Shown in pieces: positions 58,480 through 64,000 of a stretch of 64,000 nt of DNA. The stretch comes from an uncultured Alphaproteobacteria bacterium (GTDB lineage: Bacteria; Electryoneota; RPQS01). The position numbers and the translations under genes were made by a program. Numbering within the stretch: position 1 is the first letter of the stretch; the number at the start of each line of letters is the position of its first letter. The notes beneath the pieces were generated by a model that saw nothing but the letters and a program-made list of their open reading frames with translations, was not told where the DNA came from and searched no databases. Where the stretch lies: positions 54,249-118,248 of the forward strand of contig CAYUIF010000007.1 of NCBI GenBank assembly GCA_964444755.1. Direction: 5' to 3'.

Positions 58480-59934
58480 TTGAGCAAGAAAACTCCCGTC
58501 ATGACTCAACTTCGCGGACTGCAATCCAATTTCTGGATTGCCAACTGGATGGAAGCCAACGAACGGTTGGCGTTCTTCGGCGTCCGCGCCATCGCGCCGC
58601 TGTATATGGTGGCGGCTGTCGCCAACAACGGCTTGGCGCTGTCTTATTCGGAAAAAGGGCTTATCTATACGATCTGGGCATTGGTACAATGCCTCGTGCC
58701 GATGTTCTCCGGCGGCTTTACCGACGAATACGGCTATAAGAAAAGTCTCTATGTCGCGTTCACGATTAACATCGCGGGCTATGTGACCTTTGCCTTCGCG
58801 TCCAGTTTTTGGTCGGCGCTCGCGGCCTCGTGCTTAATCGGACTCGGCACCGCCATCTTCAAACCGCCCGTGCAAGGCACCATCGCCAAAGCCTCCACCG
58901 AAGAGAACAGCTCCATCGCATGGGGATTCTTCTATTGGATGGTCAATGTCGGCGGTTTCCTGGCTCCGCTGCTGGCGGCCATCGTGCGCGGCGAAACCAA
59001 CTGGCGGTTGGTGTTCATCTGCGCGGCGGGCGTTACGCTGTTCAATTTCATTCCCGCGATCTTCTTCTACAAAGAACCGGAACGCACCAATATATCGCCC
59101 CGCAAGACCATCAAGCAGACCTTTATTGATACGATCAAAACGCTCAGCGACAAGAACTTCATGGTCTTCCTGCTGATCTTCAGCGGCTTCTGGTTCATGT
59201 TCATGCAGCTCTGGGATCTGCTGCCGAACTTTATTGACGAGTGGGTGTTCTCCCGCGATATCGCGCCGTTCTTCCACTGGCTCAGTCCGGATCTGGTGCT
59301 GGAAAGCGGCAACGTGAAGCCGGAAATGCTCATTAATATTGACAGTTTCGCGATTATCGCGTTGATGCTGCCGATTGCCTGGTTGACGGGCAAACTCCAT
59401 CCGATGATTGCCTTGATTGGCGGAATGATTATTTCGCTGGTGGGATTCTTCGCCAGCGGCTTCACCAATATCGGCTTCGTCGTGGCGATCGCTATCTTCA
59501 TCTTCGCTATCGGCGAGATGTGGTGCAGTCCCAAGTTCTCGGAGTACATCGGCCTGACCGCGCCGCCCGATAAAAAGGCGCTGTATATGGGCTATTCCAA
59601 TATCCCCTTCGCCATCGGCTGGGCGGGCGGTAATCTGATTTCCGGATATCTCTACGAGAGTTTCGGCAGCAAAGTCAACTTCGCGCGGCAGTATTTAGTC
59701 AATCAACTGGGCATGAGTCCCGCTGAAGCGCAAGCGCTGCCGCAAGAGAAGGTCATGGAGACCATGGCCTCCATGATGAACAACGGCGCAGGCGCGACCA
59801 CCGACGAAGCGACCCGCGTACTCTGGAACATGCATCATCCGTGGATGGTGTGGGCGATCCTCACCGCGGTCGGTCTCATTTCGACGATCTTTATGGTTAT
59901 CTATTATTATCGGACGCGCGCCCGCGCCAAATAA
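58480..59934 (+). CDS. MFS transporter, POT/peptide-transporter-like; TTG start
   Basis: AGGAG before TTG at 58480; ExxER motif (EANERLAFFG), FYWMVNVGG, GEMWCSPK. Confidence 0.85.
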   Translation: MSKKTPVMTQLRGLQSNFWIANWMEANERLAFFGVRAIAPLYMVAAVANNGLALSYSEKGLIYTIWALVQCLVPMFSGGFTDEYGYKKSLYVAFTINIAGYVTFAFASSFWSALAASCLIGLGTAIFKPPVQGTIAKASTEENSSIAWGFFYWMVNVGGFLAPLLAAIVRGETNWRLVFICAAGVTLFNFIPAIFFYKEPERTNISPRKTIKQTFIDTIKTLSDKNFMVFLLIFSGFWFMFMQLWDLLPNFIDEWVFSRDIAPFFHWLSPDLVLESGNVKPEMLINIDSFAIIALMLPIAWLTGKLHPMIALIGGMIISLVGFFASGFTNIGFVVAIAIFIFAIGEMWCSPKFSEYIGLTAPPDKKALYMGYSNIPFAIGWAGGNLISGYLYESFGSKVNFARQYLVNQLGMSPAEAQALPQEKVMETMASMMNNGAGATTDEATRVLWNMHHPWMVWAILTAVGLISTIFMVIYYYRTRARAK

Positions 59935-60030
59935 ACGGCCTCAACGACGATCTGATCAGCGGGTTTCGCGTTAGCGGAATCCGCTGCGTCGTTCCCGGAG
60001 GTTTAAGAAAATAGCCGGAAAACGAGAGGA

Positions 60031-63000
60031 GTGACCATGGACACGCTGCGATTGAATCGTAAGGATACCCTGTTCATCGTTGTCTGTCTGGTGATCCTGA
60101 TCGCGGGAATTCTGGTGGGAATCCGCTACTTCCATGATGCGTTTCCCGAAGCGACCATTGATTTTCGTCTGAACCGTCCCCAATCCGAACAGGTGGCGTC
60201 GGCGTATTTGAAACAACTTAATCTGGCTCCGCCCGCCGATTATCGCCACGCGGGACGGTTCGGCTATGACGGGCTGGCCAAAACCTATTTGGAAAAAGAG
60301 CTGGGAGTGGACGGCGCCCGTCCCTATTTGGGACACCCGATTCGGCTCTGGTATTGGCAGCATCGCTGGTTCAAGCCCAGCACCAAAGAAGAGTTTAGCG
60401 TATTCGTCAGCCCGGAAGGCGAGATTGTCCGGCTGCGGCACGACGTTGAGGAGAACGCCGAAGGTGTAGACCTGCCCGAAGTTGCAGCGCGTCCGTTGGC
60501 CGAGGATTTTCTGTTCCGCACCATGGAAAAGGATTCCACGCGGCTGACGTTTATCGAATCGGAACGCATCGGTCGTCCGCACCGCGCCGATTGGACCTTC
60601 ACCTATCGTATAACGGAAATCGAACCGGTCAAGGGATCGGAATATCGCTATGAAGTGACAATAATCGGCGACCGCATCGGCGGGTATCGCGAGTTCCTGC
60701 ATGTACCGGAAGCGTGGCGCGCCTCATTCAGCAAATTGCGCAGCTATAACGAAATGGCGGGAAATTTCTCCAGCATCGGATTCTTACTGACCGCCATTGC
60801 CATTGTCGCGGTGATTTTCATTCGTATTCGCCGCCGTACCGTGCAGTGGCGGATTGCGCTGGCCTTCGGCATTATCGCGGCAGCGTTGACCTTGCTTAAT
60901 CAAATCAACGATTTTCCTCTCGAACTCTACGGTTACGATACCACCGCCTCATGGTCCGGTTTTCTGTTGCAGCGGATATTGATCGGACTGATTTTTACGC
61001 TGGGATCCGGGCTGCTGATCTTCCTGCTCACCGCCTCCGCCGAAGCCATCTATCGCGAACACTACGGCCAAAAGCCGTCGCTGCCGCGCCTGTTCACCCC
61101 CGCCGGCTTACGCACGAAATCCGCATTCAAGGGAATTCTGCTGGGCGTAACACTCACGTCGTTCTTCTTCGCCTATCAGATTGCCTTTTATCTGATCGCG
61201 GGCAAGTTCGGCGCGTGGAGTCCGTCGGATGTTCCCTATGATAACTTGCTGAACACGGCCATGCCGTGGCTGGCGGTGTTGGCGATCGGTTTTTTCCCGG
61301 CGGTGAGCGAAGAGTTCATGAGCCGTATGTTTTCGATTCCGTTTCTGCAAAAAGCGTTTCGCAATCGCTTGACTTGGCTGGCGCTGCTGATTCCCGCCGT
61401 GATTTGGGGATTCGGTCACGCCGGATATCCCAATCAGCCGTTCTGGATTCGCGGCGCGGAAGTGGGTTTTGCGGGAATTATCATCGGTATCATCATGCTG
61501 CGCTACGGAATTCTGGCCTGTTTGGTGTGGCACTATACAGTTGATGCGCTGTATACGGCATTTCTGCTGTTCCGCAGCGAGAATCTCTATTTCGTGATTA
61601 CCGCCGCAGTTGCCACAGGCTTGCTGGTGATTCCGCTCCTGTTGGCTGTGATTGCTTATATCCGCAAAGGATCTTTCCTGCCGGAAACCGGATTATTGAA
61701 CAACGATATTGCAGGTCCGACCGTTGCACAGCCGGAACCGGCCAAGCCGTCCGTTGAACCGGTGATCGAAACCGCGCCTGCCTATCAGCCGCTACCCTCG
61801 CGTAACCGAGTATTGGCATTGGCGTTTTTCGCAGCGGGAGTCGTCGCAGTGCTGATTCCGGTGAGCAAGATCGGCGATTTTCTGGAATATCCCATCAGCC
61901 GTGAAGCCGCGATTCAAGCCTTTTCCGATACCTTGCGCGCCACCGGTTGGGCGGACCCCGACACCCTGCAAAAAATCGCCGTAATTGACGATGCGGACAG
62001 CAGAGGAGTCGCTTTCGTCTACCTATTAAAACACTCCTCATCCATTGATGAATTCAACCGTGTCGCCGACCAAACGCTGCGGCGCGGCGGCTGGCGCGTG
62101 CAGGAATGGGTTCCCGAAAATCGGCTGCGGTTTTCCGGAGTAGTGCACGGGCGCACCGGCGAAGTGCTCAGCGTCAAACCGTGGCTGCCGGAAGAAATGC
62201 CGGGCGACAGCCTGAGCGAAGACAGTGCGCGGGCGATGGTGGAAGCGATTCTGAAGGCGCGCGGGGTTGATCTTTCCGCGTTAACGATGAAAGAGCATCA
62301 CGAATCGGCGCGGCCGCATCGCTTGGATCATGACTTCATCTATGAAGCCGTGGACGACGATCCGCGTCACATCGCCGAGGCCAAATATCGTATTGCATCA
62401 AGCATAAACGGCGATTGGGTCACGGTCTTTACGCGCCCCTTCTATAAAATACCCGAAGAATGGCAGCGCGCTCGCGAAGCGACGACCGCGCCGCGAGCGA
62501 TTATGCATGGCTTAAATCTCATCGCGTTCTTCGGATTAGGTTTATGGGCGATCTTCTTGTTGGCATCGGTGATTCGCCGCGGATTAGTGCCGTGGAAGCG
62601 CGCCTTTCTGTTCGCCATCCCCCCGGCGGTGATTGCCGCCCTCGGATTCTTCAACGAATTCTATATCACGCGAGCGGATTATTTCTGGCAGGTCGAACAA
62701 CCATGGACGGTTTACCGAACTACCGAGATGACCAGCATCTTGGCCAGCGTACTGGGAGTGTATATCTTCTTCGCCGTTGTGCTGGCATTATTGGGCGGAC
62801 TATTCCACGAGCAGATCAAAGCGCTGAATCGCCGTGAGCGCAAACCGGTTGTATTAGATGCAATCATCGCGATTCTCGGCGGTATCGGCTTCATGCTGAT
62901 TTGGCGCTCTGCTAATGCCTGGGCAAACGCTGGGTTTCCGCACGGAATTATATTTATGGATTGGGATATTCCCGAATGGATGGCGACATCATGGCCGGTG

Positions 63001-63411
63001 TTCAGCATGGCTAGTTCCATGTTAGTGCGAGTGTTTGGCGCAGCGCTGATGATCGGCGTTTTGGCCTATCTATGGAACGGTCCGGCGCGAAAGCCGATCT
63101 TGCGAACCGTGCTCGTACTCGGCATACTTTTCATTTTCATGCCTGCTACTGCGGTTGAACCTGCCGAATGGTTAATGGGCGCAAGCATGGGTGCGGTATT
63201 CATTGTCTTGGCGTTTGTGTTCCTAAGATTCTTCATCAACGGGCGGGCCATTCTGTTTGTGGCGGCGATACTCGGCGCAAATCTATTCGATTACGCATCT
63301 AAGGCGATAACCTTCGGCAATTGGTGGATCATGGTCAACGGCTGGATGTTCGCGATCATTGCCGTAATTCTGATGTTGTTCTGGCTGTTCCCGCGCGGCA
63401 AGACCAACTGA
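60031..63411 (+). CDS. Large internally duplicated CPBP (Abi/CAAX type II) intramembrane metalloprotease
   Basis: SEEFMSR, WGFGHAGY, WHYTVD motifs in the first half; second half repeats the soluble domain and TM layout without these motifs. Confidence 0.85.
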   Translation: MTMDTLRLNRKDTLFIVVCLVILIAGILVGIRYFHDAFPEATIDFRLNRPQSEQVASAYLKQLNLAPPADYRHAGRFGYDGLAKTYLEKELGVDGARPYLGHPIRLWYWQHRWFKPSTKEEFSVFVSPEGEIVRLRHDVEENAEGVDLPEVAARPLAEDFLFRTMEKDSTRLTFIESERIGRPHRADWTFTYRITEIEPVKGSEYRYEVTIIGDRIGGYREFLHVPEAWRASFSKLRSYNEMAGNFSSIGFLLTAIAIVAVIFIRIRRRTVQWRIALAFGIIAAALTLLNQINDFPLELYGYDTTASWSGFLLQRILIGLIFTLGSGLLIFLLTASAEAIYREHYGQKPSLPRLFTPAGLRTKSAFKGILLGVTLTSFFFAYQIAFYLIAGKFGAWSPSDVPYDNLLNTAMPWLAVLAIGFFPAVSEEFMSRMFSIPFLQKAFRNRLTWLALLIPAVIWGFGHAGYPNQPFWIRGAEVGFAGIIIGIIMLRYGILACLVWHYTVDALYTAFLLFRSENLYFVITAAVATGLLVIPLLLAVIAYIRKGSFLPETGLLNNDIAGPTVAQPEPAKPSVEPVIETAPAYQPLPSRNRVLALAFFAAGVVAVLIPVSKIGDFLEYPISREAAIQAFSDTLRATGWADPDTLQKIAVIDDADSRGVAFVYLLKHSSSIDEFNRVADQTLRRGGWRVQEWVPENRLRFSGVVHGRTGEVLSVKPWLPEEMPGDSLSEDSARAMVEAILKARGVDLSALTMKEHHESARPHRLDHDFIYEAVDDDPRHIAEAKYRIASSINGDWVTVFTRPFYKIPEEWQRAREATTAPRAIMHGLNLIAFFGLGLWAIFLLASVIRRGLVPWKRAFLFAIPPAVIAALGFFNEFYITRADYFWQVEQPWTVYRTTEMTSILASVLGVYIFFAVVLALLGGLFHEQIKALNRRERKPVVLDAIIAILGGIGFMLIWRSANAWANAGFPHGIIFMDWDIPEWMATSWPVFSMASSMLVRVFGAALMIGVLAYLWNGPARKPILRTVLVLGILFIFMPATAVEPAEWLMGASMGAVFIVLAFVFLRFFINGRAILFVAAILGANLFDYASKAITFGNWWIMVNGWMFAIIAVILMLFWLFPRGKTN

Positions 63412-63418
63412 AACCATC

Positions 63419-63447
63419 TTGAAAAACCGCGGCAAATGTCGTATATT
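63419..63447 (+). promoter_or_regulatory. Putative sigma70 promoter of the malic enzyme gene
   Basis: TTGAAA (63419-63424), 17 bp, TATATT (63442-63447). Confidence 0.6.
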
Positions 63448-63489
63448 GCTTGCGATCAAGCCGCACGATAAACCATACTTTACCACATT

Positions 63490-64000
63490 ATGAATCGTTT
63501 TGAAATGCGCGTGGATCCGCTCACGCAGGAAATCTACTACGAAGTCCCGCTGCGCGGCTATGCGCTGATGCAGGATCCGCTGCTCAATAAGGGGCATTCG
63601 TTTCCCCGCGCCGAACGCCGCGAGCTTCATCTCACCGGACTGATGACCGAATCGGTGGGCAATCTCGAAGAGCAGGTCAACCGGGCGTATGAAATCTACC
63701 AGATGAAAACCACGCCCCTCGAGAAATATGTCACATTGATCGGTTTGTTGGATCGTAATGAGACGAATTTCTACGCGCTGCTCACGCGCCATCTCGAAGA
63801 GATGCTGCCGATCATCTATACGCCGACCGTGGGCGAAGCCTGCCTGAAGCTCTCCCATATTATCCGCCGCTATCGCGGAATCTACGTTACGCCCGGCAAC
63901 GTGAACATGATCGAACGGATATTGGAGAGCGTCGGCTTACCCAATATCTCGCTGATGGTACTCACCGACGGCGAACGTATCTTGGGCTACGGCGATTTGG
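63490..64000 (+). CDS. maeA: NAD-dependent malic enzyme, 5' part (not in the ORF track)
   Basis: Manual translation MNRFEMRVDP...DPLLNKG...LDRNETNFY...LPIIYTPTVGEAC...TDGERILGYGDL. Confidence 0.93.
   Translation, partial: MNRFEMRVDPLTQEIYYEVPLRGYALMQDPLLNKGHSFPRAERRELHLTGLMTESVGNLEEQVNRAYEIYQMKTTPLEKYVTLIGLLDRNETNFYALLTRHLEEMLPIIYTPTVGEACLKLSHIIRRYRGIYVTPGNVNMIERILESVGLPNISLMVLTDGERILGYGDL

Overview
A 64-kb, prophage-free chromosomal stretch from what looks like a non-Bacteroidota member of the FCB superphylum. Five proteins end in type IX secretion (T9SS) type A C-terminal domains, yet the promoters are TTGACA/TATAAT-like and the genes carry Shine-Dalgarno sites. Contents in order: a partial FtsE-like ATPase, K+-dependent membrane pyrophosphatase, an MBL-EamA-GT-C operon, an envelope operon ending in a beta-barrel-SppA fusion, a small gene overlapping tRNA-Val, tRNA-Asp, catalase, S41 peptidase, Ada, NmrA, exported PepF, an esterase-GH31-sodium symporter sugar locus, many secreted modular proteins, a glycosyltransferase region interrupted by two inverted lysyl-endopeptidase-like paralogues, and gdh - sensor/ATP-grasp/nucleotidyltransferase - POT transporter - duplicated CPBP protease - malic enzyme. 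Best leads: (1) a 67-aa C-terminal domain shared without gaps (32/67 identical by hand) by two otherwise different secreted proteins that lack a T9SS type A tail, a candidate second sorting signal; (2) an L-D-[D/E/N] motif at the pro-region/mature-domain junction of five exported proteins from four families, a candidate shared maturation site; (3) a GAF-like + ATP-grasp + nucleotidyltransferase protein next to gdh that lacks the PPDK phospho-His and PEP-binding domains; (4) an ORF that apparently starts at ATT and stops inside mature tRNA-Val; (5) mosaic REP-like clusters. All family calls come from motif recognition by eye; no database searches were run.
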